Assembly: GCA_902573015.1 (NCBI GenBank) | Contig: CACGIE010000002.1 | Span: 7,660-71,659 of the forward strand | From: an uncultured Candidatus Poseidoniales archaeon | GTDB taxonomy: Archaea; Thermoplasmatota; Poseidoniia; Poseidoniales; Thalassarchaeaceae | Direction: 5' to 3' | Length of the DNA: 64,000 nucleotides | In this document: positions 19,465 to 30,400 of the stretch, piece after piece | Numbering within the stretch: position 1 is the first letter of the stretch | Layout of the letters: the number at the start of each line of letters is the position of its first letter | Program-made: the position numbers and the translations under genes | Notes under the pieces: model-generated | Seen by the model: the letters and a program-made list of their open reading frames with translations, nothing else | The model's database searches: none | Told to the model about the DNA's origin: nothing

Positions 19465-20130
19465 ATGCCCAATGCGCTGGTAATTATCATGGCAGAGACT
19501 GTTCGACTAGATGTCGGAGGGATGACCTGCGATGGCTGCTCAAACAGGGTTAAGGAATCTCTAGAGGCGTTATCCGGAGTGGTCTCGGCGGACGTTAGTC
19601 ACGAGGACGGAGTTGCTGAAATTAGTCACTCGGGAGTTTCCAGAGACGATCTAAGTACCGCCGTGAGATCAGTGGGATATACCGTTGATGGTCAAGGAGA
19701 AGACTTCCACTGGAGGGATTCGGCTGTCTGGTGGCAGTCTGCTAACAACACGAAGTGGTGCCTGATCGGATGTAGTATCGGTGACTTCGGAACAATAGCG
19801 GCTTTCCAGTTCGTATTCACAGATTCTGGGTGGAGTGCGATGATGATTATGGCACTGGCGATGTTCAACGGGATAATGACTTCAATAGCTCTAGAGACCT
19901 TCATCCTTCTAAGCCAGATGCCTCTTTATGAGGCATTTAGGGTGGCAATTGGAATGTCGCTTATTTCGATGATATCAATGGAGGCAGCGATGAATGTGAC
20001 TGATTTCGTGCTCACAGGTGGTGCTAAGTTGACATGGTGGGTGATTTTACCTATGCTCATCGCGGGTTTTCTCACACCTTGGCCTTACAATTACTGGAGA
20101 CTGAAGAAATTCGGAGTTGCCTGTCACTGA
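19465..20130 (+). CDS. heavy-metal-associated (HMA) domain fused to a 4-TM membrane domain
   Basis: GMTCDGCSNRVKESL is the canonical HMA metal-binding motif. It is followed by four TM helices with CLIGCS and a terminal Cys-His. The true start is probably the internal ATG (MAETVRLDVGG). Confidence 0.65.
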   Translation: MPNALVIIMAETVRLDVGGMTCDGCSNRVKESLEALSGVVSADVSHEDGVAEISHSGVSRDDLSTAVRSVGYTVDGQGEDFHWRDSAVWWQSANNTKWCLIGCSIGDFGTIAAFQFVFTDSGWSAMMIMALAMFNGIMTSIALETFILLSQMPLYEAFRVAIGMSLISMISMEAAMNVTDFVLTGGAKLTWWVILPMLIAGFLTPWPYNYWRLKKFGVACH

Positions 20131-20139
20131 GGTTTCAGC

Positions 20140-20916
20140 ATGGTGGACTGGGGTAAAGTTGCCAATGACATTTCAGATTGGATATCCGACTACGTCCATA
20201 GAAATAGTTTGGAAACGCTAGTTGTAGGAGTTTCTGGGGGGATAGATTCCGCAGTCACATCTACACTCTCTGCAATGACGGGAATAAGGACAATAGTAGT
20301 CAATATGCCCATCCACCAGGATGAGGGCCAGTATGATCTCTCAAACCTCCATATTGATTGGTTAGTGTCAAAATGGGGAAATGTGGAAAGATCGAAAATA
20401 GATCTATCGAACACTTATGACGAGTTGCGTTCTGATTTGGATAGTCAGAAAGTAACCGAATTATCCCTGGCTAACTCTAGAGCAAGGCTGCGAATGACCG
20501 CTCTGTTTGCTGTTTCGGGTTCCAATAATGGGATAGTAGTAGGGACTGGAAACAAGGTAGAAGACTTCGGAATCGGCTTCTATACTAAATATGGAGATGG
20601 AGGAGTAGATATCTCACCAATTGCTGATTTGTACAAATCTGATGTTTACGCGATAGGAGAAGAACTGGGAGTAATCAGGGAGGTTCTGGAAGCTGCTCCT
20701 ACAGACGGCCTGTGGAACGACGGGAGGACTGACGAAGACCAGATAGGAGCAACTTACGAGGAGATTGAGTGGGCAATGAAAGAGTCTGCCAGCCCGAAGA
20801 GAGCGGATTTATCTGAGCGTGAAAGGAAGGTGTTGGATATCTACCAGAGGCTGAATAAATCAAATTCGCACAAAATGGATCCGATTCCGGTTTTCAAATT
20901 GTATCCGGACGAATGA
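20140..20916 (+). CDS. nadE: NH3-dependent NAD+ synthetase
   Basis: VVGVSGGIDSAV PP-loop. 258 aa, NadE-type layout. Confidence 0.9.
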   Translation: MVDWGKVANDISDWISDYVHRNSLETLVVGVSGGIDSAVTSTLSAMTGIRTIVVNMPIHQDEGQYDLSNLHIDWLVSKWGNVERSKIDLSNTYDELRSDLDSQKVTELSLANSRARLRMTALFAVSGSNNGIVVGTGNKVEDFGIGFYTKYGDGGVDISPIADLYKSDVYAIGEELGVIREVLEAAPTDGLWNDGRTDEDQIGATYEEIEWAMKESASPKRADLSERERKVLDIYQRLNKSNSHKMDPIPVFKLYPDE

Positions 20917-21082
20917 GGCTAGGTTATGGAGGAAGAAGAGTTTTCTCCGGTCTACGTGAGAAAGGCTCGAAAGCCCTACAGCGGCATGGTTCTAGATTCG
21001 ATATTCGGACTCCTCATCAGGTCAGTAGGGGCAATTGTGATCGTGGGGGTACTTCTGATGCTCGTTCCTCTGCTGCTATGAG

Positions 21083-21946
21083 TCATTTCCCTCTTCTGTC
21101 TTCCACCTTTTTCTTGTATGCAGCATCTGAGTCTTCGGACTTCCAACCCTCCAGATACAATCCACCCGACTTGTGGACGCCACCGATTACATTTCCCTTC
21201 CTGGGCTTCCTAAAGAGATCCTTCCTCTCGGAATGTCTGCTGAATGCCTTTGGCATGCCATCATCTCCCCTCTCCTGGCCAGAAAGGGAGTATGCCCGCC
21301 ATTCGGCGGTTGGTCCGCTTCTCTTCTTTTTTACTGGTTCTTCCGACTGATCAGGAAGGGCTATTGCGAGCATTATCGCGAGTAAAAACAACAGTAAACC
21401 CCCACAAATCAGGGAGGTGCCGGAAACTAGCCCGTCTCTGAACCAACTGGCAATTGAGGACAATATGGAAACGTCTGGTTTTTCGAACTCTTGGGAGATT
21501 CGGACGAATCGGCTTGACTCCATAGAGTAGTTGCCGTCACTACATCTAGGGGAGGAAGAGTTGTTTGGATCGAAGCAAAACTGACCTATGTATATCATAT
21601 CGGTGACATCTTCCCTTTGAGTGGAAACTTCACAAGCTGGGTAATGGAAGTCCTCACCCGATTCATTCAGAAGTGAAATCTCGAGTGAAAAGCAATCGTC
21701 CCAAAGACCATCCCCATCCGAGTCATTGTATGACCCATAGCTGTAAACGGCCCATCCATTGTTGGATTCGGAGTCGGTTTGCTCGAATGATAGGTTTGTC
21801 TGTGTTCCAGAGAAGGAGAACTGTACCTCCGGATCATCATCAGTCGAGTCTAGAAGGGGAATTGGGGTTCCGGTACCGAAGAAGAGGATTCCAATGAATA
21901 GTAGAGATCCTGAGATTGCAAAGGTTGCATTGGTTGCTGGATGCAT
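21083..21946 (-). CDS. membrane-anchored acidic extracellular protein, hypothetical
   Basis: Signal peptide. Acidic, Cys-containing ectodomain. A single TM (LICGGLLLFLLAIMLAIAL). Basic cytoplasmic tail. Confidence 0.5.
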   Translation of the reverse strand: MHPATNATFAISGSLLFIGILFFGTGTPIPLLDSTDDDPEVQFSFSGTQTNLSFEQTDSESNNGWAVYSYGSYNDSDGDGLWDDCFSLEISLLNESGEDFHYPACEVSTQREDVTDMIYIGQFCFDPNNSSSPRCSDGNYSMESSRFVRISQEFEKPDVSILSSIASWFRDGLVSGTSLICGGLLLFLLAIMLAIALPDQSEEPVKKKRSGPTAEWRAYSLSGQERGDDGMPKAFSRHSERKDLFRKPRKGNVIGGVHKSGGLYLEGWKSEDSDAAYKKKVEDRRGK

Positions 21947-21978
21947 GGTGATTACCAGTCTCCGGAGTACTTAGGCAC

Positions 21979-22368
21979 TCAAGTCAGTTGTGTCGCAAGG
22001 AGGAAGGATAGTAGCCAAATTCTTGCCATACGCTTCCGCCTCCTAGGGGCTTTTCGGGAAAAGGATACTTTGAACAAACAGAGGAATGAGGTGATTCCGA
22101 AGCCTCCTGTCACAAGAAATGCCGATTCTCCTAGTGCCCATGAGGTATTCTCCAAAGATCCTGAACTGGGAGATTTTCCAGCATGCATCATTGCCAATGT
22201 TACCAAGCTTGTCAACTGCCCAACAATCAGTATTGATGCAGAAGCGTCTACGAATGGCTCGACCCATTTACTCATTCTAGGCCTAATTCCTGATTTGGTT
22301 CCTGATCTCTGCTCCTTGTATGATGACTCATCGCGATTTGACCACCTAGATCGGGGCGATATTCCCAT
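21979..22368 (-). CDS. small membrane protein, hypothetical
   Basis: Two or three hydrophobic helices. Its start abuts a roughly 75-nt AT-rich divergent promoter-like region (22369-22446). The competing plus-strand ORF 21941..22408 lacks protein-like character. Confidence 0.3.
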   Translation of the reverse strand: MGISPRSRWSNRDESSYKEQRSGTKSGIRPRMSKWVEPFVDASASILIVGQLTSLVTLAMMHAGKSPSSGSLENTSWALGESAFLVTGGFGITSFLCLFKVSFSRKAPRRRKRMARIWLLSFLLATQLT

Positions 22369-22446
22369 AAATGCCCATAATAGTGCAATATATTGGCTTG
22401 TTGATTAATCATAACATACTCAAACCACCTCTGATCGGGACTTAAT

Positions 22447-22779
22447 GTGGAATATCTAGAGTTGGTCGAGACTGCCTCACTGAGTCTTTGTGGCCTTGCC
22501 ACCTTTCTATGGATGGCCATAGGATCTCTATCGAAGACAACTAGAAGCGAGATATTGGCTCAGAGGCTGATTTCTGTGATTTGTCTTTCTTCAGCTGCAC
22601 TTCTTTTCGCATTGCACTATTCTGGAGGAGAGATATGGGGATCTAAGAACATTGCAAGGCCATTTGCGGTGATTGCGGTAACGATGGCAGTTGCATCTGT
22701 CATGAACATAAAGGGAAAAGATGTCCAAGGAGAGGCGAATCCTCACAATATCATGAAGGGACGAAGGGACGAAGATTAG
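22447..22779 (+). CDS. small 3-TM membrane protein, hypothetical
   Basis: 110 aa with three hydrophobic segments. It starts right after the AT-rich divergent region. Confidence 0.4.
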   Translation: MEYLELVETASLSLCGLATFLWMAIGSLSKTTRSEILAQRLISVICLSSAALLFALHYSGGEIWGSKNIARPFAVIAVTMAVASVMNIKGKDVQGEANPHNIMKGRRDED

Positions 22780-23055
22780 TCACTCTGAATTTAGTTTGTC
22801 GTTAATGAAAGAACGCATGTAGTCTGGAAGTTCTCCGTTAACGAAAACTACGTCCTGAACCTGATCTAGTTTCATAAGAGAGTAGAAAATCTGCATGGCA
22901 GTCATCGGAGTAGCACTGCAACCGGTACATCCGCCCTCCAATGAGATCATTATCACTCCATCAGTGGTATCTACTACGTTTACCACTCCATCATGGGCGT
23001 CTAGAACCGCCTGGACAGGCCCGACGGAGTCAAGGATGAGTTGTTTGTCGACCAT
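22780..23055 (-). CDS. NifU-like (Nfu) Fe-S cluster scaffold domain protein
   Basis: LEGGCTGCSAT matches the Nfu GGxCxGC motif. 91 aa. Confidence 0.65.
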   Translation of the reverse strand: MVDKQLILDSVGPVQAVLDAHDGVVNVVDTTDGVIMISLEGGCTGCSATPMTAMQIFYSLMKLDQVQDVVFVNGELPDYMRSFINDKLNSE

Positions 23056-23237
23056 GTTGTTAGGTCTGAGGGGCGGGGGTCTTTCAAAGAATTGCCTCCT
23101 CGGAGTGTCGTGAACAGAGTTACGCGAGTCATCCTAATCGACCTCCTTGTCGAAAGATCGGAGTTTGGTCATGGCGGCAATCAAGAGGTGATTCAGCCTA
23201 TTGCGGAGAGAGGTGCGGTGGAGGTCCTCCTATTGAC

Positions 23238-24015
23238 GCCGCAAATGCAGTCCGAGGAAGCCGGTTTACGAGCTCAAAAGGAAGGTCTAATCGGGATCTC
23301 AGAGAATGACGTACCTAATTGGGACTATGAGTATCCATTCTGGGAAGAGTGCAGCATGGAGATGCATGGGAATGAGGTGGCGTTCAGAAGGATAGCAATG
23401 CCATTGCATGGAGACGATGAAATGACTCGAGATTGGATTCGGGCCATTGGGCCGGATGCGGTAGTCTGCAGCGGCTCCAGAAGAAACGTGACAATGTGGG
23501 AAGAGTGGATGAGTGGCGGTGGGTCGCTGATGAGGTGCTCATCGAGAATGGGCATTCCCACGCTCGGAATCTGCTTCGGTCACCAACTACTATGCCACGC
23601 CCTTGGGGCTAGTGTAGAAAGAGCAGAGTCAATGTCCAGCGGAGTCTGGGAGCTTGCACTCAATTCGCATGGCTCCTCTGACGAATTGTTTGCCGGCAGA
23701 GGAAGTGGGAAGAGAGGGGCCCCCGTAGCGTTATATTCCCACCAGGATCATGTGACGAACGTGCCAGAGAGTTGCTTGCTACTTGGCTCGGCCGAACACA
23801 ACAGAGTTACCGCGGTCCGGGTAATGGACGATAATGGCAGGGAGCTTCCTGCATGGGGGGTTCAGTTTCACCCCGAAGCGGCCAAAGCAAGAGTGGAAAG
23901 AGCGTTCGGTTGGGGTCACATTTCTGAGGAAGAAATGGTTGCATTTCAACGTGAACACGACGGAGCTGGGGTTCTGAATTCGTTTGCCTCGGTCGTTCAT
24001 GCAAATATTGACTAA
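23238..24015 (+). CDS. class I glutamine amidotransferase domain protein
   Basis: GICFGHQLL nucleophile elbow. His/Glu near VQFHPE. The frame is open from TTG 23041, which overlaps the divergent nfu start, so the ATG at about 23238 (MQSEEAG) is taken as the more likely start. Confidence 0.6.
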
Positions 24016-24092
24016 ACAGCAGAGGCAGTTTTACGATTGGATTTGGATTAAATAGAGCACTCGATTCGGCGAGCCGAACTGATGGTGTAACT

Positions 24093-26171
24093 ATGGATGG
24101 AGAACAACTAGGAATAATAGGAATTGCAGCGGGTCTTTTCGGACTTGTAGTTGCATTTTTCCTCTATAACAAGGTGAATTCAATAAAGATCGAAAACGAG
24201 ACAGTAGCGAAGATTACTGGGCGAATCTATGACGGTGCGATGGCATTCCTGTGGGCGGAATACAGGTTGTTATCAGGATTCATTGTAATCGTAGCAATAG
24301 CCCTTCTCCTAGGGGGAGAAGAAAACGGTCTCGGGTTTGAGACCATGATCGCATTCATCATTGGGGCGGTATGCAGCGTAGCCGCAGGATTCTCCGGAAT
24401 GCGATCTGCGACTAGTGCGAATGGTCGTACTGCACAGGCTGCAGCCGATGGTGGCCAATCAGCCGCACTGACCACGTCATACAACGGAGGCGCAGTGATG
24501 GGTCTGGCAGTAGGAGGACTTGGTCTAGCCGGTATCTCCCTGATGTACTACCTTACTCAAACCGAGTTCCTAACGGTGGAAAATATTGCAGGATTCGGCA
24601 TGGGGGCCTCTTCGATAGCACTATTCGCAAGAGTTGGAGGTGGCATCTACACCAAGGCAGCAGACGTTGGTGCGGACCTTGTTGGAAAGGTTGAGGCGGG
24701 AATTCCCGAGGACGACCCCAGAAACCCTGGGGTGATTGCAGACAACGTCGGAGACAACGTCGGAGATGTTGCGGGAATGGGCGCCGATATCTTCGAGTCA
24801 TTCGTTGGTAGCATTATCGCAGCAATGGTGATTGCAGCAGCGAGTGAGGACCTTCTAGGCCCTGACTACGTTATGATTCCAATCGTTCTGGCAGTAGTTG
24901 GTTACATTGCTTCCATCATCGGAGTATTCTCCATTACTGCAATGCAGAACATGGATCCGGGAGCAGCACTGAGGAATACGACTTTCATAGCCGCTGGACT
25001 TTTCATCGTAGGCGGATACTTAGCCCTGGACTATCTTGAGTTGCCCACCAAGGTAATCCAAGCTGTGGCAATAGGTTCTCTGGTCGGGATTCTAATAGGG
25101 CTGGTTACTGAGTACTACACCGGAATAGAAGATGTATTCTTCTTCAAGGTACAGGCAATCCCCTACATCGGGGAAGCAAGCAAAACCGGGAGCGCGACCA
25201 ACGCCATCGCAGGACTAGCAGTAGGGATGCAGTCGGTATTCATTCCAGTCCTACTGATGGCCGCAGGAATCTTCGGAGCAAACCATGTGATGGATGGCGG
25301 GGATCCAGGGCTGTATGGGATAGCAATGGCGGCTATGGGTATGCTAGGCACGGTTGGCGTTACCATGACAGTGGATGCCTATGGCCCTGTAGCAGACAAC
25401 GCCGGCGGAATTGCAGAAATGTCTGGTCTAGGCGATGATGTCAGGGAGATCACAGATGGGCTCGACTCAATTGGGAACACAACCGCAGCAATCGGCAAGG
25501 GATTCGCAATTGGAAGTGCTGCTTTGACTGCCCTAGCTCTTTTCGCCGCATTCAAGACCAGTGCTAATCTTGAGGCGGCAGATCTGAGCCTGACCGAGCC
25601 AATGGTTGTTATCGGACTCCTAATCGGGGCTGCACTACCTTTCGTTGTTGCAGCTATGACAATGAAGTCAGTTGGGAGAGCAGCCGAGGACATGATAACA
25701 GAGATTAGGAGACAGTTCAAGGAAATTGACGGACTTCTAGAGGGTCGCGAGGGAGTTGAGCCAGACAGTGCAACTTGCGTGGACATCTCCACCAAGGCGG
25801 CCCTAAGGGAGATGGTGATGCCGGGCGTAGTCGCCGTATCGAGTCCTGTAGTCATTGGTTTGCTACTAGGTAGTGCAGCTCTGGGAGGAACTCTGGCAGG
25901 GGCTACTGCTAGCGGCGTCCTGATGGCGCTTTTCATGGCAAACGCTGGAGGAGCATGGGACAACGCCAAGAAGGCAATAGAGCAAGGGCATATTGAGGGC
26001 GCTGCAAAGGGCGACGAAGCCCACAGTGCTGCAGTAGTGGGAGATACCATCGGAGACCCATTCAAGGATACTAGCGGTCCATCTCTGAACATACTGATCA
26101 AGCTGATGAGCATTGTCAGCGTTGTAATCGCTGGAATGCTGACAAAGGGTGGGGAACTAGGGACTCTTTGA
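24093..26171 (+). CDS. hppA: membrane-bound proton/sodium-translocating pyrophosphatase
   Basis: 692 aa, about 16 TM helices. [19 protein letters not shown] and [20 protein letters not shown] are signature H+-PPase motifs. Confidence 0.95.
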   Translation: MDGEQLGIIGIAAGLFGLVVAFFLYNKVNSIKIENETVAKITGRIYDGAMAFLWAEYRLLSGFIVIVAIALLLGGEENGLGFETMIAFIIGAVCSVAAGFSGMRSATSANGRTAQAAADGGQSAALTTSYNGGAVMGLAVGGLGLAGISLMYYLTQTEFLTVENIAGFGMGASSIALFARVGGGIYTKAADVGADLVGKVEAGIPEDDPRNPGVIADNVGDNVGDVAGMGADIFESFVGSIIAAMVIAAASEDLLGPDYVMIPIVLAVVGYIASIIGVFSITAMQNMDPGAALRNTTFIAAGLFIVGGYLALDYLELPTKVIQAVAIGSLVGILIGLVTEYYTGIEDVFFFKVQAIPYIGEASKTGSATNAIAGLAVGMQSVFIPVLLMAAGIFGANHVMDGGDPGLYGIAMAAMGMLGTVGVTMTVDAYGPVADNAGGIAEMSGLGDDVREITDGLDSIGNTTAAIGKGFAIGSAALTALALFAAFKTSANLEAADLSLTEPMVVIGLLIGAALPFVVAAMTMKSVGRAAEDMITEIRRQFKEIDGLLEGREGVEPDSATCVDISTKAALREMVMPGVVAVSSPVVIGLLLGSAALGGTLAGATASGVLMALFMANAGGAWDNAKKAIEQGHIEGAAKGDEAHSAAVVGDTIGDPFKDTSGPSLNILIKLMSIVSVVIAGMLTKGGELGTL

Positions 26172-26201
26172 GACGAATCTAAAGAGCGTCAGACTCTTGA
26201 C

Positions 26202-27182
26202 ATGTTGGCCCTACCGTCGGGCATGGGTCCGTATCGCGTGTTAGCAGTGACCGTGGTTATTCTGTCGTTCTCCCTTGCCGGATGCACTGGGGGGTCCTCA
26301 GGGGTAGGTAGCACTGGATCCGACAAGATTGAGGTGCCCACATGGGAGACGGGAGACTGGTGGCTGTACACATTTTCAACTCCGGACTACAGCGACGATA
26401 CTGCAAGGCTAGTTGTAGCAAGTACCAGCGAAGAAGACGGGACTGCGTACATGTTAGCGATTTCTAGCCTCACTGAAGCAAGGAGGCATGCCGTACTGAA
26501 CCACAACCCTTTCCTTGGCAGAATTACCCACTCCGATCTAGGTGCTTTCGAAAACGGAGCCCCCCAGCAAGTGCTCAGTTTCCCAATGGAGCAGGGGGAC
26601 TCATGGTCATTCACCCTTTTCTCAATGGAGTGGAGTGCTTTCGTTTCCGATATATCAGGAAGTACTGCGGTAGTAATCGCCAACTCTGATGATGGTTCTA
26701 GGCTGGATTACGTTTTCGACCACGAAATTGGATTCTTCCAGTCGTTCACCTGGAATGATGCTTCGGGAACCTCGAACCTTAGGATGATGTTGTCGGACTC
26801 GGGTTCTGGGCACACTGGTGACGTCTACTTCGTCAGAGGGGGTGACCTCTTCAGCGAAACATGGGAAGACCCGGGTAATGACATTGAGTTTAGGGACACT
26901 TTCCTCGTCAACGATCATCCTAGTGATGGAGAATGGGATGAGATGATCTACTTCATGGACGCAGAATGTGGTTCTGGTTCATCCATTTCCTTTACGCTGA
27001 GAGACCATATGTCAATCTCAGTACTTGAGAGGATTTGGGGGCCGGGAGCTAGTGAGATGGGCACCCTGGGCACCATTCCCTATCCTTCTGGCGAATACAC
27101 CCTAACTGCGACATTCACAGGTGGATCGACGTTCTTGAGAGTCAGAATTGCCGGTGGGATCACACAGTCCTGGACACTCTAG
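26202..27182 (+). CDS. secreted lipoprotein, hypothetical
   Basis: Signal peptide with lipobox SLAGC. Acidic beta-rich body. No enzymatic motifs recognised. Confidence 0.6.
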   Translation: MLALPSGMGPYRVLAVTVVILSFSLAGCTGGSSGVGSTGSDKIEVPTWETGDWWLYTFSTPDYSDDTARLVVASTSEEDGTAYMLAISSLTEARRHAVLNHNPFLGRITHSDLGAFENGAPQQVLSFPMEQGDSWSFTLFSMEWSAFVSDISGSTAVVIANSDDGSRLDYVFDHEIGFFQSFTWNDASGTSNLRMMLSDSGSGHTGDVYFVRGGDLFSETWEDPGNDIEFRDTFLVNDHPSDGEWDEMIYFMDAECGSGSSISFTLRDHMSISVLERIWGPGASEMGTLGTIPYPSGEYTLTATFTGGSTFLRVRIAGGITQSWTL

Positions 27183-27424
27183 AGGTATTCCAGAAGGTTG
27201 TCTGACCCTCCCACGAATATGGGGGCGCCTCCTCGCATATCGAAAACCACAGGGACCGTTCTATGACCGGTCTCCATCACGACTTCCTTTCGAAGGCCTT
27301 CGAAGTTATCCAGATTCACTTCGGAGTAGGTTAGTCCCTTGGAATCTAAGGTTCTGAAAGCCCGAGTGCAGTATGGACATATTGTCTGTGTGAAGACCAG
27401 GAAGTCTTCATTCGTACCTTCCAT
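27179..27424 (-). CDS. glutaredoxin
   Basis: CPYC active site, TVPVVF, GG motif. The start is taken at the internal ATG (MEGTNEDF), giving an 81-aa Grx and avoiding overlap with the upstream gene. The track ORF extends to 27469. Confidence 0.8.
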   Translation of the reverse strand: MEGTNEDFLVFTQTICPYCTRAFRTLDSKGLTYSEVNLDNFEGLRKEVVMETGHRTVPVVFDMRGGAPIFVGGSDNLLEYL

Positions 27425-27428
27425 TATT

Positions 27429-30400
27429 TCATGCACTTGCGACAGGCTGCTCGCCCCCTTCTTCAGCATCCCACCATGGAGATTCCCCTAGGTCATCTAA
27501 TTCATCGTCACCGTCCCATCTACCTTCGAGCACGCGATCAGTCTCATTCTCGTCTATGAAGAGTAGGAAGAAGGTGGTGACGAGGGTCAGAGCAGCGCCT
27601 ATGTAGATTGCAGATGTGTAGTTGAAGACGGATATCATCCTCTCTGTCAGTGTGTATGCGAAAACGACCGAGGTATTCAGGATGGACATGTATGCTGTGA
27701 ACTGTGTGCCTCCTACCTTGCTCCATGTTAGCCTCATACACAGAGAAATAATGCAAATAAGAGCTATTCCAGCAACGAAGTACTGGCCAATCAGATATAT
27801 TGTCATGACCAAGGTGTTCCCCCACATGGGCTCCAGGAAAGCAAAGGTGGCATTCGCTAGGGCCAGTACCAAGAAGGAGACCATCGCTACTCTGCGAATC
27901 CCAAACTTGTCTCCGAGGATGCCGCCGATTATCTGCCCTGAAACTGAGCCGAGCAAGGCGATACCGCCGACTATGCCATTGTACTTCTGTTGGGACCAGC
28001 CTGCCTCATTGATGAAGATGTCAACGTAAATCGGGCTGGTGAAGTAATACAGCTCACCGAGTAGACCTGCTATAACCAGCAGGAAGGCGGACCTGACTGA
28101 GAAGGCCTTGGTCAGATAGAATGATGTTCTTGCTACTGTTTTACTGACAGACTCTGGATCGAAACGGCCGTTTCCGGGCATATAGTTGGATATTGCGCCA
28201 ATTGGAGCAAGAATCAGCAATATCGGGTTTGGTAAGGCATCCTCGGATTGTGGTGAAATGAGCCTTGATTTCCCCGTCGAAATGACCGAAAGAAGAATCA
28301 GCGCGAGGCTGATCCTATTCGTCCCAGACCACGGCCTGAGATCAAATCCGAGGATTTGTTTTGCCTCTAGGGCCGGGAATCCTATTCTGACGTTCTTACC
28401 GAAGCCCCAGTCTACCGTGAAGACATCCATCACGAAGCCGAATAGCCAGATACAGGCTCCAGAAACTGCGAGGAAGGAGGAGATTGATACTCGCTTGTTG
28501 GCAATACTGTAGCCGACTATTCTTGCTACTCGGAACTCTTCCTCTTCCTCCCATGGAGCCTCTTCTGAGTCATCCACCACCTCTGCGATCAATGCCCCTG
28601 AGTCTGTCCTTGATTTGGGCGAGTCTGTCACATCCGTAGTTCTTGACCATGGGAACAATTGGACGCCTGGTTTCTCAACCATGAGAAGTGGCACCATTAT
28701 GATGAATGCGAGCATCACTAATTGCGCGGCTATTACTCCAGAGATTCCTATCTTGGTAATTAACACCCCCAGGACCGCCCCTCCGAAGATGATTCCAACC
28801 CTCTTTGCGGCGAACATGAGGCCGTTCACCCTAGCTACCTCATCGGGCTCGAGGACCTCAACTGCGAGAGCATCGGTTGCCACATCCTGCAGGGACGAGA
28901 ATATATTGTGGACGAATAGGATTCGGGCAACTAGGTCAATCTGCCCGTTCAAGTCCGGAACCAGAAGCAAGGAGCCGAGGGTCAGTGCCATTCCAGTTTG
29001 GGCGAATACGATCCATTGCCTTCGGGGACCGTACTTCTCGATGTAAATGGAGTCAACCAGAGGCCCCCATATCCACTTGAAGGTCCATGGGAGGGAGACT
29101 GTTGCGAACAGAATCGCTATCTCGGGAACTGAAACCCCATTTGCCACGAGATATGCTGCAAAGGTTACGCTTGCGAAACCCTGTGGCAAACCTTGGGCGA
29201 AGTAGAGTAGGCAAAGGGTTAGTACTCTCTTAATGGGGTTCTCGGTTATCGCCCCTCCCTTGCCTAGCTCAGAGATGTTTTTCGACATCCTCTCAGACCA
29301 AGACAAGGTTTCCTCTGGCTCTAGAGAAGACGCTGAATCTTCGTGATTTTCGTCGCTTTCGGAAGTCGTGGTTTGGAGCCATTCTTCCCTCCTACCGACG
29401 AACAAAACTAGGGCTATTGCTAGTAGGAAGGGTACGAAGAAGGCTATTGGACCTAGGTTGGTCAATCCCGATGAAGACGATGAGCCAGAAAATTGGACAT
29501 CGAGCAGAATAACCCTCCTAGCGTCGACTGGAGAAATGCTATCATCCGAAACTACCAGCCTTGCATAAATCGTCGAGTTTCCGGATTTTTCATGAGGGTC
29601 TAATTTTATGCTCCAAGATGACCAGTCCCCGTCCTTGGATAGATCGGCGGCTCCCGACCAAAGGCCTCCGCCTATCTTAACCTCGACCAAGCCGGTGCCT
29701 GGGGCTGCTCCACTGGAGGTTCCGGTGACATAGCTCTCGTTCCCTATTTCTTGAAGTGTGGAGACTTCCATTGAGACATTCAGGGATCTATCTATGCTCC
29801 CAGCCGCCTCGACGAAGGCAGTTGGGTCTGCCTGGCCGAAACCGAACTCGTTGTCAGGACGAGTTTCTAGTACGCTGCAGTCGTTGAATCCGGGGTCATT
29901 CAAGAGTTGGATGTCTCTCTCGATAGAGTGAGCGGAGATGATGTCCTTGAACTCTGTCGGAGTCAAATCGGGGTTCGCTTGAACCATCAGTGCAGCGATT
30001 CCAGCCATAAGTGGCGTGGCCATGCTAGTTCCTGACTTGCTCGTGTACCCATCCTGAGTCGCTGCATCGGGAGCCATGATGCTGGAACCTATCGTAGCGA
30101 CATCCGGCTTGACTCGGAAGTCCGAGGTGTACCCTCGACTACTGTAAATCGCGAGACCTAGGTCCTTGTCTAGGCTGGCCACAGTGACTGGTAGCTCTGC
30201 GTCACCTGGGCTGTCGATTGTGTTACACCCAGCAAGGGTCGCTCCACCGAATTCGTTACCCGCCGAGAGAGTAGTAATGATTCCGGCCTCAACGACCATA
30301 TCCATCTGACGGCTCCACGCGGAACTCCCGTCATTGTCGATGTGAACCTCGAACTGCTGTTCTCCCAAGGAGGAGGTGACTATGTCGATACCGTACTTGT

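Noticed and set aside
20913-21350. 145-aa plus ORF after nadE
   Set aside because: Arg/Ser-rich low complexity. It overlaps the C-terminal coding region of the better-supported minus-strand membrane protein 21083..21946.
21941-22408. 155-aa plus ORF competing with minus ORF 21979..22368
   Set aside because: No hydrophobic or structural character. The minus ORF has TM helices and starts at an AT-rich divergent promoter, so the minus ORF was preferred, though only at low confidence.
23041-23237. N-terminal 65 codons of the track ORF for the class I amidotransferase
   Set aside because: It would overlap the divergent nfu start by 15 nt and uses TTG. Open frame by chance is plausible at this length, so the start was moved to the ATG near 23238. 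Uncertain.
25379-26113. 244-aa minus ORF inside hppA
   Set aside because: Antisense to the pyrophosphatase. Ala/Pro/Ser-rich composition is the expected mirror of a Gly/Ala-rich membrane protein.
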